Part shown: piece after piece, positions 39,175-47,804 of the stretch
How the letters are laid out: each line of letters begins with the position of its first letter
Numbering within the stretch: the stretch's first letter is position 1
From: Candidatus Curtissbacteria bacterium
Lineage (GTDB): Bacteria; Patescibacteriota; Microgenomatia; Curtissbacterales; GWA2-41-24
Length of the DNA: 64,000 nt
Direction of reading: 5' to 3'
NCBI GenBank assembly: GCA_024654445.1
Contig: JANLHP010000013.1
Span: forward strand, 26,528 to 90,527
Notes under the pieces: model-generated
What the model saw: the letters and a program-made list of their open reading frames with translations, nothing else
Told to the model about the DNA's origin: nothing
The model's database searches: none
Program-made: the position numbers and the translations under genes

Positions 39175-40278
39175 CTAAAGGGAGTTTAATGCTTCCTGGG
39201 CTTCTTGAAGGTTTCTATTGTAGATTACTGCTTTTTCGAACTCTTGTCGAGCGAGTTCTAGGTTTCCTTGCTTCTTATAAATTTCCCCACGAATAAGATA
39301 AAGCTCGGAAAAGGCTCTGTTGTGATTATTAAGAACCTTGTCCGTTATGGCGAACACTCTCGGGTAATTTCCCAATTCGTAGTACGCTCGTATTGGTTCG
39401 ATTTGGTACCAAAGAGTTCTGAAAGGGAGCTGATTTTCGACTTCTTCAAACTCGCGGACCGATTCTTGGTAGTCGCCGGTGTTGTAGAGCGCGACTGAAA
39501 GGTTGAAACGAGAATAGATGTCGCTCGGGTTGTTCACAAGTTCATTTTGCGAGAGCTCTGCCGCTTTTCTCCAAGCAACTTGCTCGTCCGAGTTCTCACC
39601 AAGAATCGCTTTGGCTATATGCTCTTTTTCGGGTGGTACAAGAACGAGATATTCGTAGTTAAATTTTTTCCAAACGGCGTTAAAGTCACTATACGAATAG
39701 CGTAAATTTTTGCCCTGCAAGGAATCGTCTTGGATGATCTGTCCTGTTGTTTCGTCGTAACCTTTAATAATTCTGTAATGGCCAATGTCGTCGTCTACTT
39801 TAAGCAAGGTTCTTGCAATGACGGGAATGTCATAAGTAATAAAAAGTTTTACTTCCTCCATACTCCCAGTTGGGCGATGATACGGAATAAGTTCGTAGTC
39901 CTTTGATTTTTCTCCCAACTCTTCGAGGGTTACGGATTTGTCGTCGTTATCTCCCTGGGGATTTTGGTAGGGTCTAAGTTCTTGACCCAAGGTTTGTTGG
40001 CTAACGTTTATTCCGTAGTAAGAAAGAGCCATCGAAAGAGCTGCCGGGCCGCAATTATTGAAGGTTTGAAAAACGTGATAGTCATTTGCAAGTATTTTCT
40101 GAGCGGGTGGGTTTTCCAGCGTGAGTTTTGGGGAGGGGGAAGGTCCCGTTAGTTGACGTTGTTCTTGAGATAAATTGTCCGTTGAGGTGTTGTCTGACCA
40201 GCGATCAAATGCAGCCAGGCTGCCGATTGTCACAATAATTAAAAAAACGATTATAAATACAAGCTTAAACATAAGCAT
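39175..40278 (-). CDS. secreted C39-like papain-fold peptidase domain protein with C-terminal TPR repeats
   Basis: Signal/TM, motif FNNCGPAALSMALSYYG, C-terminal TPR-like repeats. Confidence 0.65.
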   Translation of the reverse strand: MLMFKLVFIIVFLIIVTIGSLAAFDRWSDNTSTDNLSQEQRQLTGPSPSPKLTLENPPAQKILANDYHVFQTFNNCGPAALSMALSYYGINVSQQTLGQELRPYQNPQGDNDDKSVTLEELGEKSKDYELIPYHRPTGSMEEVKLFITYDIPVIARTLLKVDDDIGHYRIIKGYDETTGQIIQDDSLQGKNLRYSYSDFNAVWKKFNYEYLVLVPPEKEHIAKAILGENSDEQVAWRKAAELSQNELVNNPSDIYSRFNLSVALYNTGDYQESVREFEEVENQLPFRTLWYQIEPIRAYYELGNYPRVFAITDKVLNNHNRAFSELYLIRGEIYKKQGNLELARQEFEKAVIYNRNLQEAQEALNSL

Positions 40279-40339
40279 ATTTTACCACTCCGATTTGACA
40301 TGGTATTTTTCACAAAGGTAGAATTATGTTTACCGCCAA

Positions 40340-41998
40340 ATGCAAAACATTGCTCTGGGAGCTTTTGTTTTAGTAGTTTTCTACAATCTCCTTTTCTATA
40401 AAATCCCTCTTGGGCTAGGAGTAGGTTTTTGGTTTTTAATTCTCAATCTTTTTTTTATTGCAACGGCGAAAGTTGATTCCCGACGAATTTTAACTGGTGT
40501 TGGCTTTTCTGCTGCTTCTGTATTGTTCGCCTTTTTATTCTCATTAAGATCTAATTTTCTTGTTCAAGTCGTAGATTTAGTTTTGGCGGTTCTTTTTACT
40601 ACTGCTGCCATTTATGCTTACAGGTCACAAAAAGAGCCAAGATTTGAGCTTCCTTATTTTCTTACCTTGCCATTAAAACTCGTTGGCAACTCAATTTTTT
40701 ACTTTGGTAGCAATCTTAAAAATTCGGAGTTTTCTTCCAGTAAAATTTCTGCGGGAAAAGTTTCATATATAGCCCGTGGAATTCTTATTTCGGCTCCCAT
40801 ACTTGCAGTTCTTTTTATATTGCTTTCGGTAGGAGATCCAATCTTTGGTCGAGTTGCCCAACTTTTTTTCAAAGATATAGGCTTAAGGCTTTTAATTTCG
40901 GTCACCATTTTTGCAGCGTTTGTCGCTTTAGGGATTGTTAGAGCCGAAAAACCGGATGACAGAGAAGACACGCAAAAGGTGGTAAGTTCAAAAGCTTACG
41001 AACTATCGACGATAGTGGGTGGTATAGTTTTTCTTTTTGCGATTTTTATTGGGGTGCAGTTTAGGTATTTATTTACCGGAGTGGGGGAAAGAGAACTACA
41101 TAATTTAGGTATACAAAGCTTAACTTATTCGGAATACGTGAGGAAGGGGTTCTTCGAACTTATAGCGGCCTCTGTTCTTGCAAGCAGCGTTGTTTTATAT
41201 GTTTTGCGCTTTATTCACAAATTTCACGCTAAAGAGAAGATATGGGTTCAGGGGTTAACAGGCACGTTAATATTTGAAATAGGTCTAGTTCTACTGTCGG
41301 ATTTTCAGCGTTTGAATTTATATCAGGCGACGCATGGTTTAACTAGGGCACGTGTTTTTGGGTTTGTTTTTTTGGTCTGGCTTTTAGCGATGCTTTTGAT
41401 TTTGGTTTGGCGTGTGTTTGTTAAAACTGAAAGCCAGAGGATTTTTATCGCCACACTTTCTGTCAGTCTAGTGACTGTTTTGACGATAAATATTGCCAAC
41501 ATTGATAGCTTGATTGCAAACGATTTCAAACCAACGGTCAATAGTGAAATAGACTATTCTTACATCGCTTCTCTATCTACTGACGCAGCTGGTAGCTGGC
41601 CCGAAATAATCCGTGAAAGCGAAAAAATCTTGGATGAAGTTGCGGTGACTCCGGAAGATATTAAGCCGGACGAAAATAGGAAATTAACGCTCACGTATCT
41701 TGCACTTAATCGTCTTGATACGAAAATTGCTTTTTTGATTTCTAAATATGGGTCAAATGATTTGTATTACGATTGGACCGGTGGTGGAAATTTAAGGGAT
41801 TTTAATTCGCGCAAGTGGCACTCGTTTAACTTTAGTCAGTATTTGGCGTTTAAGAAGATAGAAGGTAACTATGAGGATTACAAAAAGGTTAAACATTTAA
41901 TCGCAAGAACCTCGGCGCTGCAATCTAGCGTCAAGCCGGAAGTGCAAAAAGACACACAGTTAGATCGCCCAATTGAACCACCTCTTGTTACAGATTAA
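40340..41998 (+). CDS. polytopic membrane protein with C-terminal soluble domain
   Basis: About 10 TM segments, 552 aa. Confidence 0.6.
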   Translation: MQNIALGAFVLVVFYNLLFYKIPLGLGVGFWFLILNLFFIATAKVDSRRILTGVGFSAASVLFAFLFSLRSNFLVQVVDLVLAVLFTTAAIYAYRSQKEPRFELPYFLTLPLKLVGNSIFYFGSNLKNSEFSSSKISAGKVSYIARGILISAPILAVLFILLSVGDPIFGRVAQLFFKDIGLRLLISVTIFAAFVALGIVRAEKPDDREDTQKVVSSKAYELSTIVGGIVFLFAIFIGVQFRYLFTGVGERELHNLGIQSLTYSEYVRKGFFELIAASVLASSVVLYVLRFIHKFHAKEKIWVQGLTGTLIFEIGLVLLSDFQRLNLYQATHGLTRARVFGFVFLVWLLAMLLILVWRVFVKTESQRIFIATLSVSLVTVLTINIANIDSLIANDFKPTVNSEIDYSYIASLSTDAAGSWPEIIRESEKILDEVAVTPEDIKPDENRKLTLTYLALNRLDTKIAFLISKYGSNDLYYDWTGGGNLRDFNSRKWHSFNFSQYLAFKKIEGNYEDYKKVKHLIARTSALQSSVKPEVQKDTQLDRPIEPPLVTD

Positions 41999-42045
41999 AG
42001 TTAACAAATTTGTGGTAATCTTAAGTTAGAGAGGGGGTGAATGTG

Positions 42046-42186
42046 ATGTTGAATATTACAAACTTAAGTCCTCTTACTGCCTTACTTTTTGGAATACTTA
42101 TTCTTGTCTTTCCAAAATTCCTAAATTATTTTGTGGCAATTTATCTTATTATCACTGGTATCTTGGGACTGGGACTGATTAGTTAG
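42046..42186 (+). CDS. small membrane protein resembling the DUF3096 family (46 aa)
   Basis: Hand translation gives MLNITNLSPLTALLFGILILVFPKFLNYFVAIYLIITGILGLGLIS. GAGAGGGGG RBS-like upstream. Below the ORF-track cut-off. Confidence 0.5.
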   Translation: MLNITNLSPLTALLFGILILVFPKFLNYFVAIYLIITGILGLGLIS

Positions 42187-42574
42187 TGAGTTTTTCAATC
42201 TTTTCAATAAGCTCGTCCATTTCGAAGGGCTTGGAGAGAAAATCCTCCGCTCCCGCGTTCTTGTATGTGTCTTTAACGTCTGGATGGGCGGAGACGATGA
42301 TAACCGGAACATTCTTAGTTATCTTTCTATTTTTTAACTCCTTGCAAACTTCTCGGCCGTCCTGGCCGGAGAGCAAAACATCAAGCAGAATAATATCAGG
42401 CAGGTCCTTCTTTTCAAGCTTGGGCGAAAGCAAAAAGTCGGCGTCCGAAAAAGTCGTTACATCGTAATCGTTGGCTTCGAGCATTGCTTCAAAAGCATCT
42501 AAAATGTCTGGATCATCGTCTACAACAAAGACCCCTCGATGTTTCTCAGGACTGATAGCTTTCTTTTTCATCAT
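42179..42574 (-). CDS. single-domain response regulator (receiver)
   Basis: Receiver motifs VVDDD, LLDVLL, Lys near the C-terminus. Overlaps the downstream kinase stop. Confidence 0.8.
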   Translation of the reverse strand: MMKKKAISPEKHRGVFVVDDDPDILDAFEAMLEANDYDVTTFSDADFLLSPKLEKKDLPDIILLDVLLSGQDGREVCKELKNRKITKNVPVIIVSAHPDVKDTYKNAGAEDFLSKPFEMDELIEKIEKLTN

Positions 42575-44304
42575 AGAGCGCTTTGGTTTGGTGTCGTAAG
42601 GTGAGGATCTATGTCAAGGTTTTTAGCTCTTTTTTCGGGTAGACTGAAGTAAAAAGTAGAACCTTGACCGATATTACTTTTAACCCAAAACTTGCCACCG
42701 TGGTGCTTGATAATTTCAGATGATATGTAAAGGCCGATGCCAAGTCCGGGGAAGGTTTTGTCCGTGGTGTCGTAAACTCTGTAGAAACGCTCGAAGATTT
42801 TACCCAAATGCTCTTCTTGCATTCCTATACCGAAATCTTGAACCGCTACTTTTACATGATCCTTCTTGGCTGATAATCTAATCACTACCTTGTCTGCCTT
42901 GGGTGAATATTTAATTGCGTTTGATATAAGATTTTCCAAAACTTGGCCAATACGTTCTTCGTCGCCAAAGATTTTTTTATCTGTTTTTCCCTTTATTACC
43001 AGTTTGTGTTTTTCCTCCGATTGTTGGAGTATGTCCATGATTTCATCGACAGCTTTGTCAAAATTAAAAAGTTTACGCTTAAACTCGAGGCGGCCTGCTT
43101 GTATTTTAGAAATATTCAACAGGTCATAAATTAGCTCCGTTAATTTGTTTATCTGTCTGTCCATTTTAGAAAGATGATCGGCTGCTTTTTGATCTCCGAT
43201 TTGTTCGGAGTGTTTTTTGAGAATTTGTGTGAACATTTTTACGCTAGTAACCGGAGTTTTAAGTTCGTGAGACGCAACCGCGATAAAGTCGTCACGAAGG
43301 CTGATTGCTTCTTGGGAGCCTTTATAAAGTTTGGCGTTTTCGATGGAAATTGATGCTCGCAGTCCTAACTCTTCTGCCATAACTAAGTCTGCAGGATTGT
43401 AGTGTCTTTTTGTATCGCTTGTAACGAAGCTGATCGTGCCGATCGGGCTTTTTTGGGAAAAAATTGGGACGGTTATTGCGGAAGTAAACCCAACCTTTCG
43501 AAGAAGCTTTAGGTCTTTTTTGTTTTTTGCAACCGCAACAAGCATATCGTCGGTGATACTAGGGTAGATTTCGGATTTACCCGTTCTTAAAACGTTAGGA
43601 GTACCGGTTGGATCGTTCATATCCGGTGGCCGAACTTTCCTTAGTTCCTTTGCCCATTTAATTTTCTTGGGGTCTTTATGTGCTAGTGCAACTTGCTTCA
43701 ACTCACCGTTGTCGTTAAGTAATTCAATTGTGCACCAATCGCCAATTTCGGGAACGGCCAGAACCGCGATTGTGTTCAAGGTTGTTTGATAATCAAGAGA
43801 AGATGAGAGTATGCGGCTTGCTTCTGCCAGATAGATGAGGTTTCTTTCTATCAGCAGTCTTTCTCTGTGATACGTGAAGGCTATTTTAGAAGAGAGAGTG
43901 TCTATGAACGTTCCGATTTTCTGACTCATTTCATAGTAATCGTCTACGGACATGTCTTTTAACAGGCCTTCTCTTTTTAGATCTGTCCAGATTGCTTGTT
44001 TAAGAAAGATAGTTCCGTCTATCGCTTCTTCCAGGGTCAGCCCGTCTTGCACCGAATCTTTCGCGAGCTTTTCCCCCAGGTCTCGAAACAGGTTCGCAAC
44101 CGCCTTCATGTTGCCGTTTTCAAGATTATTAGCCAGGACATGAATTAAGGCGATATGGTTGTTTTGATATTTATCTACGAATTCAGTGCGTAAGCTGTGG
44201 CTTCCTAGGTACTTTTTGTGAAGCCGTGTTGCCTCTTTTTGTATGGGGTCAGCATTCTTGAGCAAAAATTGCCTGATCTTTGCAAATTTTTCCTTCTTTT
44301 TCAT
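42571..44304 (-). CDS. cytoplasmic GAF-domain sensor histidine kinase
   Basis: No TM segment. GAF-like region, H-box ASHELKTPVTS, HATPase GLGIGLYISSE. Confidence 0.85.
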   Translation of the reverse strand: MKKKEKFAKIRQFLLKNADPIQKEATRLHKKYLGSHSLRTEFVDKYQNNHIALIHVLANNLENGNMKAVANLFRDLGEKLAKDSVQDGLTLEEAIDGTIFLKQAIWTDLKREGLLKDMSVDDYYEMSQKIGTFIDTLSSKIAFTYHRERLLIERNLIYLAEASRILSSSLDYQTTLNTIAVLAVPEIGDWCTIELLNDNGELKQVALAHKDPKKIKWAKELRKVRPPDMNDPTGTPNVLRTGKSEIYPSITDDMLVAVAKNKKDLKLLRKVGFTSAITVPIFSQKSPIGTISFVTSDTKRHYNPADLVMAEELGLRASISIENAKLYKGSQEAISLRDDFIAVASHELKTPVTSVKMFTQILKKHSEQIGDQKAADHLSKMDRQINKLTELIYDLLNISKIQAGRLEFKRKLFNFDKAVDEIMDILQQSEEKHKLVIKGKTDKKIFGDEERIGQVLENLISNAIKYSPKADKVVIRLSAKKDHVKVAVQDFGIGMQEEHLGKIFERFYRVYDTTDKTFPGLGIGLYISSEIIKHHGGKFWVKSNIGQGSTFYFSLPEKRAKNLDIDPHLTTPNQSAL

Positions 44305-44408
44305 GCCACTTCCATATTAAAATTCACCCAAACGGGGAATTGTACTTAAATTAAGTAAGAAAAATGTAAGAATTATGTAGTAGGTTTGTTAGTATTTAGA
44401 AGTCGAGG

Positions 44409-45020
44409 TTAATTGCTGTAACTTTCGCAGGCGGCTTTTGCTTGTGGGTCTGTTATCTGAGCGCACATTGAGTTGGAAGTGCCGGGGCTTGCAGTAGCGG
44501 GGCTTTGAGTCTGCTCTTGAGTTTGTGTTAAGTCCATGAATTGTACGTCAGACGGTGGGGTGAACTTGGAATTGTCTGGCGACCAGGAAGAACATTTCAT
44601 ATCGACTTCTTTGTTTACATCGAAATCCTGGTTTTGATCTTGTGTCTGCTCAGTCGCCGCGCTGTTTTTAATTTTTACTCCTTGACCCATTACTGGTGTC
44701 CATGTATATGTGTACTCGCTGTCGTTGATCATAGAACTGTGCATCTCCGTTCCGTTCGGGTCTGTCATGGTAAAGTCGCCTCTTACTTTATTACCAGAAA
44801 CATAAATAGTACCTTCTGTTGACTGGCCGGGATATTTAACAGTGCAGGTTTGGTTTTTGCCAAAAAGTCCGGCTATTGTTCCTTTAACTTGTGTTTGGGC
44901 TTCAGGTGACCCGGGTGTAGTGGTTTCTGTCGATTTGCCTCTATTAAAAACAAATGCTCCGATTCCTATTACTGCAACAAGTGCTATTGCGCCGGCAGCA
45001 ATTTGAAGATTTCTTGACAT
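44409..45020 (-). CDS. membrane-anchored extracytoplasmic protein
   Basis: N-terminal TM. Thr/Gln-rich, with C-terminal Cys pairs. Confidence 0.5.
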   Translation of the reverse strand: MSRNLQIAAGAIALVAVIGIGAFVFNRGKSTETTTPGSPEAQTQVKGTIAGLFGKNQTCTVKYPGQSTEGTIYVSGNKVRGDFTMTDPNGTEMHSSMINDSEYTYTWTPVMGQGVKIKNSAATEQTQDQNQDFDVNKEVDMKCSSWSPDNSKFTPPSDVQFMDLTQTQEQTQSPATASPGTSNSMCAQITDPQAKAACESYSN

Positions 45021-45031
45021 TTCTTTTTGAG

Positions 45032-45060
45032 AGTATATTCCTCTGTGTTAATTTTGTCAA
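45032..45060 (-). promoter_or_regulatory. sigma70-like promoter for gene 44409-45020 (TTGACA-17 nt-TATACT)
   Basis: On the minus strand, TTGACA (45060-45055), a 17-nt spacer, then TATACT (45037-45032). The ATG at 45020 lies 11 nt downstream of the -10. Confidence 0.5.
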
Positions 45061-45175
45061 AATTTAAGGTATGACACCTCTTCGAGTCTGAGCTTGAAAG
45101 CTCATCCCTCAGAGTCGAATGACTTTCGATGACTCAAGGTTGCCACCTTAAATCACGAAGAATCTCACCTTGACT
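45053..45175. repeat. palindromic repeat element R4 (~87-bp imperfect palindrome bounded by TTTAAGGT/ACCTTAAA), followed by the ATCTCACCTTGAC motif
   Basis: Core 45064-45150 is the reverse complement of core 45830-45915. Flanks TTAATTTTGTCAARATTTAAGGT are in the same orientation at both loci. Confidence 0.65.
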
Positions 45176-45812
45176 TAACTTTTTTGACTTGCCAAATTAG
45201 TGCAGTGAGCGGAAGAGAGAGAAGAATTAATATCCATATCAAGTAGGAAAGGTCGATTCCGAAAGGCGCCCACTTTTGGATATCCAGGTTCTGCGCAATG
45301 TCGTAAACTCTCCACGGCGGTTTTTTTAGAACATGCATAAAGTACTCCCTTAATATCGAAGGTATTAAAAGGGCTACTATAATAATGAAGACACTTATTC
45401 TAGATGTAAAAAGTTTCTGCTTTTTGGTTAGGCGCACAAACAGCAGGTAAAAGATAAAAAAGTTTTCAAAAAAATTGGGAAAGAATATAAGCAAACTTCT
45501 ATTGCCAATTAGCGGAAACAGAATAGCTCCTGTAAGTCTGTACAAAAATGAAGATACAGCGATTTTTCTTGCTAATTGGTCCTTCCATGATAGGGAGGTG
45601 AATGCGGCAATGGCAAGATAATAAATATCGAAGATCTTGTCCCACAATTGGTATGCTTCACGCTCTCCGTTGTTTGCAAAAGGCAGGAAATTAAAATCAT
45701 AAACATCTATAAAGATAGATGCAAACAATCCAAAAAGCGGCCATTTTAAAATAGAGAATCCGGCTACGAGGCGAATAATAGAGAGAACGATATATGTTTC
45801 CAGAAGAGACAT
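45165..45812 (-). CDS. polytopic membrane protein bracketed by repeats R4 and R5
   Basis: 215 aa, about 6 TM segments. Its stop codon lies within the ATCTCACCTT motif. Confidence 0.55.
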   Translation of the reverse strand: MSLLETYIVLSIIRLVAGFSILKWPLFGLFASIFIDVYDFNFLPFANNGEREAYQLWDKIFDIYYLAIAAFTSLSWKDQLARKIAVSSFLYRLTGAILFPLIGNRSLLIFFPNFFENFFIFYLLFVRLTKKQKLFTSRISVFIIIVALLIPSILREYFMHVLKKPPWRVYDIAQNLDIQKWAPFGIDLSYLIWILILLSLPLTALIWQVKKVKSR

Positions 45813-45815
45813 TTT

Positions 45816-45965
45816 AATTTTGTCAAGATTTAAGGTGGCAACCTTGAGTCCTCGAAAGTCGTTCGACTCTGAGGGGTGAGCTTTTAAGCTCAGACTCGAA
45901 GAGGTGCCCTACCTTAAATCATAATGTTCAAGGATGAGACCTTAACAAGGATCTCACCTTAACTT
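45816..45965. repeat. palindromic repeat element R5 (core inverted relative to R4), plus a tandem duplication of the CAAGGATSWSACCTTAAC module
   Basis: See R4. 45925-45964 holds two tandem copies of about 18 bp ending in ATCTCACCTTAAC. Confidence 0.65.
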
Positions 45966-46529
45966 TAATTTAAGAATTTGTTTGAGTTGACCTTCAATTG
46001 CTGGATCGTTTATTGGCCCAAAACTAATTAAAGCGTTATCTCCGTTTCTGATTTCTCTTTGCAAAAAGTTATCTACTTTCTCTTCGTTAACGTAAAACTT
46101 GAGTGATTTTGTAGTAGATTCACAAAAATTTTGACCTGTGCCAGTTACTAAGCAGCCATAATCGACGTACATGGGTAGGGTTGCGAAGAACTCGCCCCAT
46201 GTAGTATTTGGCTTTTTAACCACGACGTGGTTGGGGTTTGATGCTTCTATGTAAACATCAGGAGAAACGTTGTGGTATTTTTTGGTTGTAAATTCTCTCT
46301 CTGTGCCTTCTGTAAAGATCAAAAACGACGCTTTTGTATCAGCATTGACCTGTGTAGTTGTAGGGGTCGGGCTTGATGTTGTGGTAAGCGGCAACTTTTT
46401 GTCGCAGGCGGAAAGCACAAAAGGGCTGATCAAAATCAATGCTAATACTCTAAAGCTGTACACGTATTCAGAATAACATTTCCTGTTTGATTTGTGGTGA
46501 ACGCAGCGGTTTGTATATAATCTGCACAC
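45954..46529 (-). CDS. putative lipoprotein (true start probably GTG near 46463)
   Basis: Lipobox FVLSAC after a hydrophobic stretch. The ORF-track start at 46529 abuts the divergent SPFH start, leaving no promoter space. Confidence 0.5.
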   Translation of the reverse strand: MCRLYTNRCVHHKSNRKCYSEYVYSFRVLALILISPFVLSACDKKLPLTTTSSPTPTTTQVNADTKASFLIFTEGTEREFTTKKYHNVSPDVYIEASNPNHVVVKKPNTTWGEFFATLPMYVDYGCLVTGTGQNFCESTTKSLKFYVNEEKVDNFLQREIRNGDNALISFGPINDPAIEGQLKQILKLKLR

Positions 46530-47285
46530 ATGGAATTGATGCTGATTGTCATTTTGGTTCTCTTGCTTTTTGTTTTGCTTATTTCGATTAAGCAGGTAAA
46601 TCAGTACGAACGGGGAGTAAAGTTTCGATTTGGGAGATTTGTAGGAGTGTTGGAGCCAGGATGGAGAATTATTTTGCCGATTATCGAAGGATGGAAAAGA
46701 GTCGATATTCGAGTTAAGGCGGTCGACGTTCCGGACCAGGAAGCGATAACTTTAGATAACGTAAGTGCTAGAGTTAATGCTGTCATTTACTACAGAATAG
46801 ACGTTGCCCAAAAGGCTATTTTGGAAGTCGAAGATTACTTCTTTGCGGTTTCTCAGATGGCGCAAACCACAATGAGAAACGTGATTGGCGAAACTTCTCT
46901 TGATGATTTACTTTCGAAGCGGGATCAGGTTGCAGACAGAATAAAAACAATTATAGATAAGGCGACAGACGCATGGGGAATAAAGGTTGAATCGGTCGAA
47001 CTTAAAGATATTATCATGCCCGACGAAATGAAAAGGGTGATTGCAAGACAGGCGGAGGCAGAACGCGAAAGACGCGCGATTATTATTAAGGCAGAAGGGG
47101 AAAAGGCTGCCGCACAAAATATTTCCAGCGCTGCGAGTACTCTTTCCAAAACGACGGGCGGGCTTCACATAAGAACACTTCAAACTCTATCTGAAATTTC
47201 GGGTGATAAAAATAATACAATTGTAGTTGTGACTCCGCTTGAAGTTCTGCGAGCCTTCGAAGGCCTCGCCAAAAAAATTAAGTGA
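46530..47285 (+). CDS. SPFH/band-7 (stomatin/prohibitin-like) protein
   Basis: N-terminal TM, SPFH core, C-terminal coiled coil QAEAERERRAIIIKAEGEKAAAQ. Confidence 0.85.
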   Translation: MELMLIVILVLLLFVLLISIKQVNQYERGVKFRFGRFVGVLEPGWRIILPIIEGWKRVDIRVKAVDVPDQEAITLDNVSARVNAVIYYRIDVAQKAILEVEDYFFAVSQMAQTTMRNVIGETSLDDLLSKRDQVADRIKTIIDKATDAWGIKVESVELKDIIMPDEMKRVIARQAEAERERRAIIIKAEGEKAAAQNISSAASTLSKTTGGLHIRTLQTLSEISGDKNNTIVVVTPLEVLRAFEGLAKKIK

Positions 47286-47287
47286 GA

Positions 47288-47605
47288 CTATTTTCCCGAA
47301 TTAAGTTGTAAGCGCTGGAAGTGAGCAACATCGTAGATTGCGGTTATTAGCGAGGCACTCCCGGGTCCAACGTCTCTGAGACCTATTATTGAGTTTCTAT
47401 CCCTCTCCAATAATTTATCTATTGTGTCAATCTTGTTTTTTATGATCAATGTTCGAACCGGGCCGGTGATGACCCTTTCCGAGAGTTGAGGAATGACTGC
47501 GAGCACGGAGTTGTCGTCGTACCATTTGAATTGGGCTTTACAGAGTTGTTGCCAAGATTTATATGCTCCTGAACTATACCTTTTCCAGGTTGGATATTCT
47601 TCCAA
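47288..47605 (-). CDS. hypothetical protein (possible helix-hairpin-helix fold)
   Basis: 105-aa ORF. IIGLRDVGPGSASLITAI is HhH-like. Weak evidence. Confidence 0.4.
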   Translation of the reverse strand: MEEYPTWKRYSSGAYKSWQQLCKAQFKWYDDNSVLAVIPQLSERVITGPVRTLIIKNKIDTIDKLLERDRNSIIGLRDVGPGSASLITAIYDVAHFQRLQLNSGK

Positions 47606-47804
47606 TTCTGCTGCGAGTTTTGATTGGGCTTCTTTCAGAGTTTGCGGGGGCGTTTCGGTGAGAGTTGTTGGTGGGTAACTCTATCTATTTCCGGTCTTTG
47701 TCGTTCTGCCATTAAAGAGTAAAGTTATCAGAAAGAGTGGAGCAGATCAATCTCTAGATTTTGGGTGCGCTTGTTTGGTAAACTGAAAAAAATCTCCCCA
47801 AAAA

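Noticed and set aside
46527-46532. Back-to-back divergent start codons of 45954-46529(-) and 46530-47285(+) with zero spacing.
   Set aside because: Biologically implausible, with no promoter space. The minus-strand gene more likely starts at the internal GTG near 46463, giving a proper lipoprotein signal peptide. The ORF-track start was kept in the feature with a note.
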